Positions 52,836 to 64,000 of a DNA stretch of 64,000 bases are shown here, piece by piece. Every line of letters begins with the position of its first letter. Within the stretch, counting starts at the first letter, position 1. The notes under the pieces were generated by a model. That model was not told the origin of the DNA. It did not search any database and worked only from the letters and a program-made list of their open reading frames with translations. Origin of the DNA: Camelus dromedarius (taxonomy: Eukaryota); contig NC_087472.1 in assembly GCF_036321535.1 (NCBI RefSeq), positions 101,000,001 to 101,064,000 on the forward strand, in the 5' to 3' direction. The translations under genes and the position numbers were made by a program.

Positions 52836-53037
52836 AGTGGTATTATGAAGCTGGCTCACACCAGCTTGGGAGAGCCAGTTGTATACATTTCTTCCCTAAC
52901 TTTGTGGTTGGTGATTTTGCCTTAGCACCTTGCAGTCATCCATGGTGTAGTTTTTACACCACAGAAATCTGCAAACACTACCAATCAGGCTTTTTGTTTG
53001 TATTGTCTGGAAAGCTGGTTGTTAAACATTTATCAGC

Positions 53038-53070
<33 letters not shown>
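52836..53070. mobile_element. hAT MER63-like element followed by (TG)n microsatellite (~53040-53070)
   Basis: cagtggtatt..gaagctggctcacaccagc...ggttgttaaacatttatcagcactg then (TG)n. Confidence 0.55.
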
Positions 53071-53072
<2 letters not shown>

Positions 53073-54002
53073 GTGGAAGTGTTATATCCTTTGAACGGTA
53101 TATAAGAGGCTGGTAACACAGATTCCTGTAGGGAGGAAACTGTCAAACCCAGTATTTTTATCGTGAGAAAATTAACAAGAATATAGAAAAAAACCTTCAT
53201 GATTGATGAAAATTAAACTTTGTATGAATTAATAGTACTCTTAATACTGCTGTCAAGTCTTTCTCTCAGTTTCTTGGCAGTGTGACTGGTTCAGTGAATT
53301 GAAGTGTTCAAGCCAGGCAAAGTATACTGCTTTCTGACCTTCTCTTCTAGCATTAAAATGTATCGTGAAGACTAAATGAGAGAAAGGACAGCAAGAGTTT
53401 GTAGAAAATGTAGATCATTAATCCATATCAGTCATCACACTGATGATGGTTTACTGCTTTGTTCTGCCACCATATTCTTGACACCCTGGATGGAGATCTT
53501 ACAGTCACTTGAGAAACAATGCTGTTTCTCAGAGTATTTCTTTCCGTAAAGCATTGCTTTATTTCTGCAGGCCACACATCTAAAAACCTTTAGATCCTTC
53601 TGAAAAACAAAGAAGCACCTTCACATTAATGGGATGAAATGGTAAAAACACATTTTGAGTAAATTTATATTAGAGACAAATGAGTAGAATTTGCTATTGC
53701 TCTGTAAAAAGTCCTTCAGTTGTTTCTAGAGTTCACATTTTTAGAATGACTCTGCTGTAGTCTTCATTACATCGAGAAGATCTGGATTGTAATTTATATC
53801 AGAGCCCTTGTTATCAGGAAGTTGTCTAATTTTTTACTTCCATGCTGGTAGTCAAATGTATATCAGGAAGTTTGAATCATTCTTTAGGAAGTTTGTTTTT
53901 GTTTTTGTTTTTGTTTTTGAGACACGGAACTAAAACCCATTTTATTCCTGAAAGGTACTATACATGTATTTAAAAACTATTTTGTACATGTTTTTTTCCC
54001 AG

Positions 54003-54073
54003 ATGATTTCCACTGGGAAAATTACTTGAAAGAGACTGGATCTTTAAGTGCTCCTTCAGAATGTTTCAGACAG
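54003..54073 (+). CDS. SCML2: SCML2 coding exon 3, N-terminal arm of MBT repeat 1 (DDFHWENYLKETGSLSAPSECFRQ)
   Basis: Acceptor tttttttcccag|, donor CAG|gtatgc, 71 nt, phase 1-0. MBT arm signature F-x-W-x-x-YL...AP...F. Confidence 0.95.
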
Positions 54074-54885
54074 GTATGCCAAAATTCTGTAGATGTTGTG
54101 TTGTATTTACTGATGTAAACTATTAACTTGTTTGATTGTTAGGTTCTGGTAGTGTGAGGAGATAGTGGGATTGTGGTAGTGCCACTTAAGAACCAGATGG
54201 TCTCTTTGCATTCACTTGTTAAGGATTTACTTTATGTCAGGTATACTAAGCCCTTATGACTGCCTCTCTGGAGGGAAAGACGTGTAAATAATTATGGGAA
54301 GTGTGATAACAATACTGGGAGGGCTTACAGAAGAGGTGCTATCTGAGATGGTTGCAATGGGGGGGAAGGATACTCCAGGCAGAGAAACCATACAAAGCAA
54401 AGGCACATGGGTCTAAAAAAACCTGATTATTGCAGGATGGCATGGGGTGGTTGGAACACAAAGTGGTTAGAGGTGATAGTGTGGGAATGAGGTTAAGTGT
54501 GGTGGCTTTTAAACTGTATTGAGGATTTGGACTTTATGTTAAGCAGTGGTGAACTGCCATTTGGTTTATTTGAAGGAGAATGGCCTAATCAGATTCTTGT
54601 TTTAGACTGCCACTCAGGGTGCATTTTGGAGGCTGTTTTGGGGCTGCCTGGAAGTGGGCAGATGAGTAAGATCAGCAATGGGCAGCCAAGTCAAGCTGCA
54701 TGTCAAGCCAAGGAGAGGGTTTGGAGATCTTTTCCTTAACCCTTGTAACTCTTTTTGTTCACATCTGCTGTGACTATTACTTAAAACATTCCTCAGGTAT
54801 TCTAGTAACATAACTGACCATTTGATTTTCTTATGGTTGATGCATTTTAACAACATTTTATCTATATGTGTATATATATATATAG

Positions 54886-55143
<258 letters not shown>

Positions 55144-56423
55144 TAACATATTCTTGCTAATGTAATATTCAGTAGAAATAATTTTAAGTGGCCTTTTAAA
55201 AATCTCTTCTCCTAGGCAATCTTGCAAGTAGATAGATGGTTAGGTGGTTACTGTGAAGAATGTATGAGAGAGGAACTTAGTACCATATGTTATAGAGTTT
55301 CACTTAAATATACATTTTGCATATGTATGCTAAAGTTTCCCTACTCCAGAATAGGACTCACCTGTCTTTAAACTTGAACTGTCAAAAGCAGGTCTACTAG
55401 ATTACACATGCAGATTCAGAAACCCTTCTGGAGGAGAAGTTTGTAGCATTTGATATGAGTCACTTCCTCCCTCAATATTATCAAATGAGCCATTCAACAT
55501 TTTTGGTGTAGGAATGAGCACAGCGAAAGGGTATGATTTTGCATCCAGACTCCAGTTTCAGACCTGGGAATTTCATTACACCTATAGAGGGAAGATATCA
55601 TAGTGAGAGGGGTAGGAATCAATACCTTTAGGTCTTCGAAAAGGAGGGGATGAATGAAACTCTTCAGCAAAGGTTTTTTAATACAAACCTCTCAATTTTG
55701 ACCAAGTTTTTAAAAGGTAAAAAGTGTGTAACCTTAATTTGGGGCAAACATTTTCTCTTTGAATACTTAGGCATACCATGGTATTCTGTGCAAAATAAGT
55801 GATTTAGTTTATTTTATTACTTCTACATTCTGAGTGAATTATAGGTATTGGTTTTTACTTTTTTGTTTTTACAATGCTGAAAATGAAAATTCTCTATTAA
55901 AAAGCAAGGTGAGAGAATGGACTTTTTTGTCTCCTACTAGTGAAAAATTCCCTGAGAACCAAAAATTGAAGATAGTAATAACTACTCTTTTAGCAGTATC
56001 TCTTTATGCTGTCCTTGCTCCAATTGTTAATTATTTCTAATTTGGTTTAAAATGTTTTAAAAAACTAATTGGAGATGTGTTACTCCAAGAAGATGGTTTA
56101 GGGTGTGTGTGTTTTCTGATTTTCCCCTTCTTTTCTTTATTCATATCATTCACATTTTTTGTTGCTTATTTTTATAATATTTCTTAAATCATACAGAATT
56201 CTGTAAGAGATATGAATGTAAATCAGGCTTACTGCCACCCTGTTTCGATTTTATTTCTCTGTTTACAATGATAGTATGTGTTTGTATTTTGTTTAAAGGA
56301 AACACAGCTATTGCTACTGTCAGCATTTCAAACATATAACCAGATTTATAATCATTCTTCTTTTCAAATTACTTTTAGATTAATATATGTATTTGACAGT
56401 GTATATGAAAATACACAATTTTT

Positions 56424-56500
56424 CAATCCCTGGTACCTCCAATAAATAAATAAATAAATAAGTAAATAAATAAAATAAACAGACCTGATTACCACCCCTC
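56424..56500 (+). mobile_element. 5'-truncated Vic-type SINE
   Basis: caatccctggtacctcc(aata)n...gacctgattaccacccct matches the 3' half of the other copies; TSD-like ACAATTTTT on both sides. Confidence 0.65.
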
Positions 56501-58320
56501 ACATACAATTTTTGCCAATTTGCTTATTTGGCACTTTTGAACAGTTTAGTTTCCATTTTAATGTAACACACCTTAATTTTCCTTTCTAAAAGGTTTATTT
56601 AACCCTTAAAGGTTATTATTTAAAAGGTTTTTAAAAGTTTTTAACATACATGCAGAAAAGTTTACATAAGTATACGTCTTATAAATGAACACACTTGTAT
56701 AACCAACACCCAAATCAAGAAATAGAACATTAGCACCCTAGAAGCCCACTCCTACTGATTCCCAGTCATAACCTCCTGCTTCCCAAAGGTGACTACTTTC
56801 CAAACTTCCTAACATCGTAGATTAGTTTTATCTATGTTTGAGTTTTTTACATGCACTTTCATCTGCTTTTAGCCTTTTAATCTGTTTGATTTTAGGCAAG
56901 TAGAGAATTAGGAAAAAATGCCAAATTAAAAAAAATCACAATACATCATGTAACATGGTAAAATGGGGGTTAAAAGAAAGGCATAAGGACCAGAGAATGA
57001 TTCTTATGCACTATTGTAACCACAGTGTGGAGAATCCATGCTGTGGGTAGCTATTTATTATAGATCACTAATAATACTGATTTATTATAAAGGAGTATGG
57101 AGCAAGCCCATCCCCATCTCACTCTTTTCCTTGCAACAATTATTTTCCTAACCAGATTAAGGATGTTTTGACTTGGTACAAAAATATTGTAAGATGACTC
57201 TCTGAACTTTTTTGCATGTTTTATCCTATTGATGGATCCATTGCCAGTGTGATTCACGTGCCTCCCTATCTTAATCCATGTATCCATCAGGGATGCATGC
57301 CAGGTTGTCACCAATTCTGGAATCAAGTCAGGCAAATGTTGCATGTAACAGATTGCCCCCAGAGAGCAGTAAAACTAACAGACCCCTACCCCCGATGCAT
57401 GTGCCAGATGCTGTGATATTCGCCATTAATTGATGAGGTCTCTAGAAAAGACACCTGTTGAGTCTATTTTGATAGCATGTGTTACAAAATCTAAGAAAAG
57501 ATCATTTAGTGTATATAACGATTGCTAAGGTAAGAGCTGTCTTTTTTCCCAACATAATGTATGAAAAATTTCAAGCATACAGAAAAGCTGAGAGAATTTT
57601 TCAGTGAACACCCCTCATAACCTGTTACCTAGATTCTACCCATTATCATTTTACTATACTTGCTTTATCACTTATCTATCCATCTGCCCTACTATCGATT
57701 CATTAATCCATCTTATTTTTTAATGCACTTCAGGATAAGTTATTGACATCAGTGCATTTCCCCTGAATACTTTAGCATGTATATCATTAACCAGAGTTTA
57801 GTGTTTGTTTACAGTTTTTTTCTTTTGAGGTGAAACTTATATACAGTGAAATGCACCATCATAACAGTACATTTGTTGAGTTTGACAGAAAATTGTCTTT
57901 CTGAAAGGAAATGAGGCAGGGGCTCTGAAGGAAAAAAGGGACTAGAAGTCTGTTGCGGCCTTTTTACCCTGCTTATGTGGCTGTTGGTGGGGAATGGGAG
58001 CTCTCCTGTGTTCTGGCTTGGATGACTCCTAGTATTATGGTCCATTCCTAACATACATGTGTATGTTGGTGAACCCTAGCCAGTGGCTTCTTTAAAATGA
58101 GAATTTCTACCCCTACTGTAGCACTTGTCAAACAGTACAGTGGATACAAGTAGCACTGGTTGGAGGGTGCATCTGCTCCTCTTGCCCATTTCTTGAGTTC
58201 CTTGATAAGAAAGTCGTTCTCTGGAGAAGAATCATAAATGAAACATTTTTTATACCAACTTGCTATAATATCAGAGGGAGGCTTTTAAAGAAATGATATC
58301 TGCTTTATTTTATAAAATAG

Positions 58321-58409
58321 GATATCAGATGAATGCATCATCTTGGCCAATGTTCCTCTTGCGTACACTGAGTGCATCTGAAATGGCACCTGCAACATTC
58401 TTTAAGAAG
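58321..58409 (+). CDS. SCML2: SCML2 coding exon 5, arm of MBT repeat 2 (GYQMNASSWPMFLLRTLSASEMAPATFFKK); gene continues beyond window
   Basis: Acceptor aaatag|, donor AAG|gtaaga, 89 nt, phase 1-0. Matches recalled human GYQMNTSSWPMFLLKTLNGSEMASATLFKK. Confidence 0.95.
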
Positions 58410-58538
58410 GTAAGAAAGATATTATAAAAAGCTTCCATCAACTGGGCTGTGGCTTTATTGTTTTAATGAGGGTGCTTAAATGCTTTGTCTTCTGACATGG
58501 AAAAGCAAAAATGCCTTTTAAATTACTTGATTTGCAAG

Positions 58539-59271
58539 TGTATTAGTCTGCTAGGGCTGCCATAACAAAGTACCACAGACTGGGTGGCTTTAACAACTGA
58601 AATTTATTTTTTCACAGTTCTGGAGGCTAGTGTCATCAGGATTGGTTTCTGGTGAGGCCTCTCTCCTCAGCTTATAGATGGCTACTTTTTCACTGTGTCC
58701 TCACATGGCCTCTTCTCTGTGCATGGGAGAAAGGAGAGGGATCTCTGGTTTCTCTTCCTCTCCTTGTAAAGACACTAGTCCTGTGGGCTTCGGGCCCCAC
58801 CCTTTTGACCTCACTTAATCTTTATTACCTCTTTAAAGGCTTTGTCTCTAAGTAGAGTCACACTGAGGGTTAGGGCTTCCCATTATGAATTTTGGGAGGA
58901 TGTAATTCAGTCCATAACAGTGGTTTAAACAACAGAAATTAATTTTCTCACAGCTCTGGAGGTTAGAAGTCAAGATCAAGGTGTTAACAGGCTTGATTTC
59001 TTTTGAGACCCCTTTCCTTGGTTTATTGATAGCTGTCTTCTCTTTGGGTCTTCACGTGAGCTGTGTATCTATGTCCTAATTTCCTCCTCTTATGAGGACA
59101 CCAGTCATATTGTATTAGGGCCCACTGTAATTAACATAATTACCATTTTAAAGATCCTATTTCCAAATACAATCACATTCTGAAGTACTGGGGGTTAGGA
59201 CTTAAACATGAGTTTTGGTGGTGGTGGTGGTGGTGGTGGTGGGAGGGTGAGACACAATTTAGCCCACAACA
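58539..59271 (-). mobile_element. Composite of two MLT1 LTRs (58539-58919 and 58920-59271)
   Basis: tgtattagtctgctagggctgccataacaaagtaccacagactgggtggc...; two ...ca(t/c)aaca termini; GCAAG TSD at 58534-58538 and 59272-59276; internal (GGT)n. Confidence 0.8.
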
Positions 59272-59385
59272 GCAAGTCATAAAAAAGGCTCAATTAAATC
59301 ATCCAGTAGTCAAAATGAATTAGTAACTTCTTTCTTGATCTTAGACGTGAAAGGGGTGCTCTCCTGGAAGCAAATGTTTGTTACT

Positions 59386-59511
59386 TTTTTTTTTTAATTG
59401 GGGGGGTAATTTTAGTTTTTGTTTTTGTTTTTAAAAACAGGTACTGGGAATTGAACCTAGGACCTTGTGCATGCTAGGCATGCACTCTGCCACTGAACTA
59501 TACCCTCCCCC
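59386..59511 (-). mobile_element. Vic-type tRNA-derived SINE
   Basis: ggtactgggaattgaacctaggaccttgtgcatgctaggcatgcactctgccactgaactataccc; flanking gttact(t/a)ttttt. Confidence 0.82.
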
Positions 59512-60229
59512 AGTTACTATTTTTAATTTACATTCATAAATGAAGCTTCCCCGTGGTTTGCTATGTTAATTGTCCCTTTGATATTGGAGGAAATGATGGG
59601 ACCAAAAAAAAAATCACTTGAAAGTTACTTGGAGAAATTTGGTTGCATAAGTAAAAGAATGTTAAAAACAGTTGTCAGAAAGAATTTGTTATAAGGAAAT
59701 ACTTGTTATATAACAGAGAGGGAAAATTCCAAAAATAGCTTATGCTCTTGAGAAAATGTTGAAAGAGTACACTGTGTTAAGAAATAATGAATGAAAGCCA
59801 AGTTTTAGTTAAATTATGGGTCAAAATATTTCTTTCTCACTCTGTCCTCATTGCTTTTTCAGTCACCTAAACTTTATTACAACCATTCATAGCAGGAATT
59901 GATCATAGTTTTAAAAAACTTTTCAAGAAGATTAAAGACATAAAGATGTGAAACATCAGTTGACATGACTCCTGCATTGCAAAGAAAAATTCTTTGTAGC
60001 TTTGAGCATCATGAATGCTGAAAGTGGGCTTGTCCTACCAGCAAGGGATACAGGTGAATACATTCCCTTTAGGCACTGTGTAAACTATATGTGAGGATAG
60101 CTAATAACAAAAGAGATGTTTAGCAGTAGTCTTTATTAAATACCTATTAACTGGGCTGTGACTTTAGAAAAGCCATTGGATCTATTTTACTTAATAAATT
60201 GCTTTATCAGCTTGCCACATGTCACATAC

Positions 60230-61000
60230 ATTATATTTTTCATTTTTTTAATTATAAAAGTAATTCATCTTTGGGGAAAAAATCAAACTATACACTTAGC
60301 TAAAGTAAAAAAATCCATGTCCATTTGTCCCATCCATTCCTCCATTCTACTCTTCTCTACAAAATGTTCTTCTTGACCTTTATCTGTGCATTCAAAACCA
60401 TATATGCGCTTTTGTTTCTTAAACAGAAATTAGAATATATTCTGTGATTTAGTTTTTCCCCTGAAATATATATATTTTGGAAATCTTTTCGTTTCATATA
60501 TATTTTAGGTTGTATTGTGCTCCTCTGTGGTATGGATTACCATAACTGATTTAACCTCTCCCTAAGGATTGATATTTAGGTTGCCTTCATATTGTTGTTT
60601 AAACCGTCCAGAATTAGCATTCTCGTATGGAGATTTTTGTATAAGTATGAATGTGGCCATATTCTTAGAAGTAGAATTCCTGGTTCAAAGGGAATGTATG
60701 CTTTAAGTGTTGAAATATACCATTAAATTGCACCTTAATAAGGTGTTCCAAACTATGCCGCAGTATTAGTGTATAGATATGTTCACATTCCCACACCTTC
60801 ACTAAAATTGAATATTATCAATCTATTAAAATTTTGTGAATCTTTTTTTGGAGGTGGGGATGGTAATGGTATCTCATTGTAATTTGCATTGAACTGATTA
60901 CCAGTGAAATGGAGCTTTTAAAACGTGTTTAATGGCCTTTTATTTTTCTGTGAAGTGCCTGATTATAGCCTTTGTCTCTTTTTCAGTTGGGTTTCTTTTC
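60230..61000 (-). mobile_element. Old L1 (L1ME-like) 3' fragment
   Basis: attcttagaagtagaattcctggttcaaagg...ggtatctcattgtaatttgcatt. Confidence 0.6.
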
Positions 61001-62764
61001 TTACTCCTTGTGATTTGTGGATACCCTTTTCAGCCAACCTTGAAACTTGGCCAGGAGCCATCTTAAATCCTCACTCCTCCTTGACCCTGGCCTCTGGATA
61101 GCCAATTAATTAGGAAAGCCCACCCACTTAGCTTGCCAATTATTTCTTTGTCACATCCTTTCTTTCTAACCTTACTGTCATTCATTGCTTCTGGTACAGA
61201 CTTTCCTCACGCCTGGACTGGTTCAACTAGCCTTATAACTGCCTCTTATTTTCACCCTTAAACACGACTGTTAGAAATATCTGACACAGAAGCCTTAGCA
61301 CATCATTCCCTACTTAAAACTATTTTGAAGTTCCCATTTGCACTCAGGATGAAATAAAAGTTTGTTAATATGACCTTTAAGGTGCTGTGTGATTTGGTTT
61401 ACAGCTGCTACTCCTTGCTATAGATTTTATGTTCTAAATTGCTCATAATAGCCTGTCGATACTATGTTCCTCTTTTTAGAGCTGGTTCTCTCTGGATAAC
61501 TCCTGTTTTTCTTTTAAGATTCATTTCAGGCATTGAATCTTCAAAAATACCTTCCCTAATTTCCCCTCTTCATTCTTACACATCTGTAGCACCTTGTGCG
61601 TATGTCAGTCTTTGTAGGTGTTGGATTATTTTATTAATTTCACTGTCTCTTGCTTCCTAGACAGTGAGTTCCTTTTGAGAAGTTAACATGTTTTTGCATT
61701 CTCAGTAGTGCCTATCATAGATCCTGGTACATGTTCATTCGATGAATGAAGAAAGAATGGGGAGTACAAGAAGATGAATACATATAGAGGGAGAAGATGG
61801 ATTTAGTTTTGGACATGTTGGAGTGTCTCTAGGAAGTTTGAGGAGAGATGACTAACACCAGATGTTGAGCATAAAGTATTTAGAACTTAGAAATGTTTGG
61901 CTTGGGTATATGAATTTGAGAGTTTTTAGCTTAAATGATAGTGATGGAAGCCTTGAGTATGAATGACCTAGTCCAAAGAGAATATGTAGAAGGAGAAGAG
62001 AGGAGTGTCAAGTTTAGAACCTTGAGAAATACCCACTCACCATTATGATGTGTAAGTACCAATATCAGGTACTTCATAGAGGTCAATTACAAGGAAAGCC
62101 AATTCTTGACTACTCGGTAGATAGGAAGTTCATCAGTTATGTTAGCAAGAACTGACGACCAGATAAAAAAATGTTCTCAGATAGAATCATGGGGGCAGAA
62201 TATTGATAGAGTTCATTCCTGGTGGCCTCAGTTTACTCTGAAATAGGAAACTGACAGGCTGGAGGGAAGGGTTCATATGTGGATTGAAAGTCTATTATAT
62301 TCCTGCACTAAAGCAGAGAGCTTACTCTCTGGCTGGGGAGAAAGTCAACAAGTTAACAAATAAAATAATAAAGGTATAATGAGGAAACAATGTATTATTA
62401 GTCTTAAGGCAAGTGATAAAGGTTTGGAATAGCTGCCGTATGGGATGGGAAAGGGGATGACCTAGGGACACATGACTGTATTTTGGAGAGTTCACTTGAG
62501 GATGAAAACTAAATATGTGTAGCACTACATGTAATAAGCATGTGGGACTTTTCTCCAGCAGTGCTCAGCAATTAAGTATAAATAGATTAAAGTGGATGGT
62601 AATACTGAACTAACGTTTGGAGATAACAGAACAAGGACAAGGGGATAAGTTGGTTTGGGGTGCTGAAAAGAAAGTGGTAACATAATGCTCTGTAATGTGG
62701 ATGTGAAAGAGTGTGATAGAATGTTTGAGTGTTTGGTCCTCTTCTTTTATCAGTGGATCTGAAC

Positions 62765-62918
62765 AGGGGACATTTTTGGTTGTCACAGCTTGGGAGGTGT
62801 TGTTCCTTATACGAGTAGAGACCAGGGACGCTACTGAACATCCTAGTGCACAGAACAAACCTTACAACAGAATGTTCTGGCCCCAAATGCCAGTAGTGCC
62901 AAGGTTGAGAAACTCTTG
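62765..62918 (+). mobile_element. MER20 (hAT-Charlie) fragment
   Basis: gacatttttggttgtcac...gtagagaccagggacgct...ccccaaatgccagtagtgccaaggttgagaaac. Confidence 0.75.
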
Positions 62919-62924
62919 ATCTGT

Positions 62925-64000
62925 ATTAATTCCTTGGTGATTTCATCTAATTCCTGTCTTTAAGTACAATTTATATGCAAATGGCCTTCAAATTTGTATT
63001 TCCAATCCAGACTTTTTGCTCCCAACTCAGGTTTGTATATCCAGCCTACCTACTCAGTATCCCTGTTTGGATGTCTAATAGATATATCAGGCTGCTCCAC
63101 CTGCAGCCTTTCTCATATCAGGAAGTTGCAACTATCCTTCCACTTGCTTGGGCCAAAAACCTTGGTGATTATTTCTTTCACACACCACATCCATTCCATA
63201 AGGAACTACCTGCTCTATCTTCAAAATATATTTGAAATCCAACCACTTCTTGCCATCTCAGTTTCTATTAGACTGGTACAAGCTGCCTTTATCTCTCACT
63301 AGGACTACTACAGTAACTTCTTCATTAGTCTCTTTATTTGTAACCTTATAGTCTGTAGTCAACACAGCAATCAAAGAATTCCTTTTAAAACAAAAGTGAG
63401 ATTATGTCACTCCTCTGCTCAAAACCATGCAGAGGCTCTTTGTTTTATTCAGAGTAAAAGCCAGAGTCCTTACAGTGGCATCTATACCTCTACATGATAC
63501 GACCACTCATTATCTCTCTGACCTGGTTTCCTACTGCCTTCCCACTTGCATACTTCATTTTAGCCACACTTGTTCTTCAAACATTTTGGACACATCTCCT
63601 GCTTTAGGGCCTTGGCCCTTGCCTGTTGTCTCTGCCTGAAATACTCTTGCTCTAGATAACTGCATGTTAATAATCACCACTTTCAGGCTTCTGCTCACAT
63701 GTCACCTTCCATATGAGGCTTGTCCTGATTACCCTACTTAAAATTGCACAACTCCTCCCCTACTTTGCTCTCTGGATCTTCTTTACTCTGCTCTGATGCC
63801 TTTTTTTTTTCTATAGCACTCACCATTTGTAACGTAGAATATATTTTACTTATTTATTATGTTCCTCATCTTTCTCTTTACTAGTATGGGAGTACTGCAA
63901 GGGTGGGACTTTTGTCTATTTTGCTAGTTAATATATATCAAGAACCTTCAGTAGTATCTGGTGTAGTAGGCACTCAGTAAATATTTGTAAATGAATAAAT
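62925..64000 (+). mobile_element. L2a-like LINE 3' region
   Basis: attatgtcactcctctgctcaaaacc...cagagtaaaagccagagtcc...gtagtaggcactcagtaaatatttgtaaatgaat tail. Confidence 0.8.

Noticed and set aside
57216..57416. ORF with faint MBT-like words (IASV, PCIH, FW) in an SCML2 intron
   Set aside because: Motif order is wrong, there are no convincing splice sites, and the flanking exons already join in phase.

Overview
Mammalian genomic DNA, very probably from a camelid (five tRNA-Ala-derived Vic-type SINEs) and, by the gene present, probably the X chromosome. The window holds the CpG-island promoter (~28.15-29.96 kb), a non-coding first exon and the first five coding exons of SCML2 (Polycomb MBT-repeat protein) on the + strand. 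The spliced CDS join(46922-46943,49412-49480,54003-54073,54886-55120,58321-58409) is 486 nt / 162 aa, MGQTVNEESMDVKKENQEK...APATFFKK, with canonical GT-AG sites and consistent phases; the gene continues past the window. The first ~28 kb is intergenic, and it and the introns are dominated by decayed L1, L2, MIR, MaLR/ERVL LTR and hAT/Tigger relics. Most track ORFs are L1 ORF2 remnants or GC-rich noise. I found no clearly new biological system. The best leads are: (i) a repeat-poor stretch at ~0.5-1.25 kb with colinear, same-frame echoes of mononegavirus L-polymerase motifs (a speculative endogenous viral element); (ii) an open frame through a T33 tract that would splice in frame onto SCML2; (iii) a two-exon MBT module with weak acceptors that could be skipped in frame; (iv) a CTCF motif pair in an ancient LTR. 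Repeat family names and reference protein comparisons are from memory, not from searches, and repeat boundaries are approximate unless TSDs are given.
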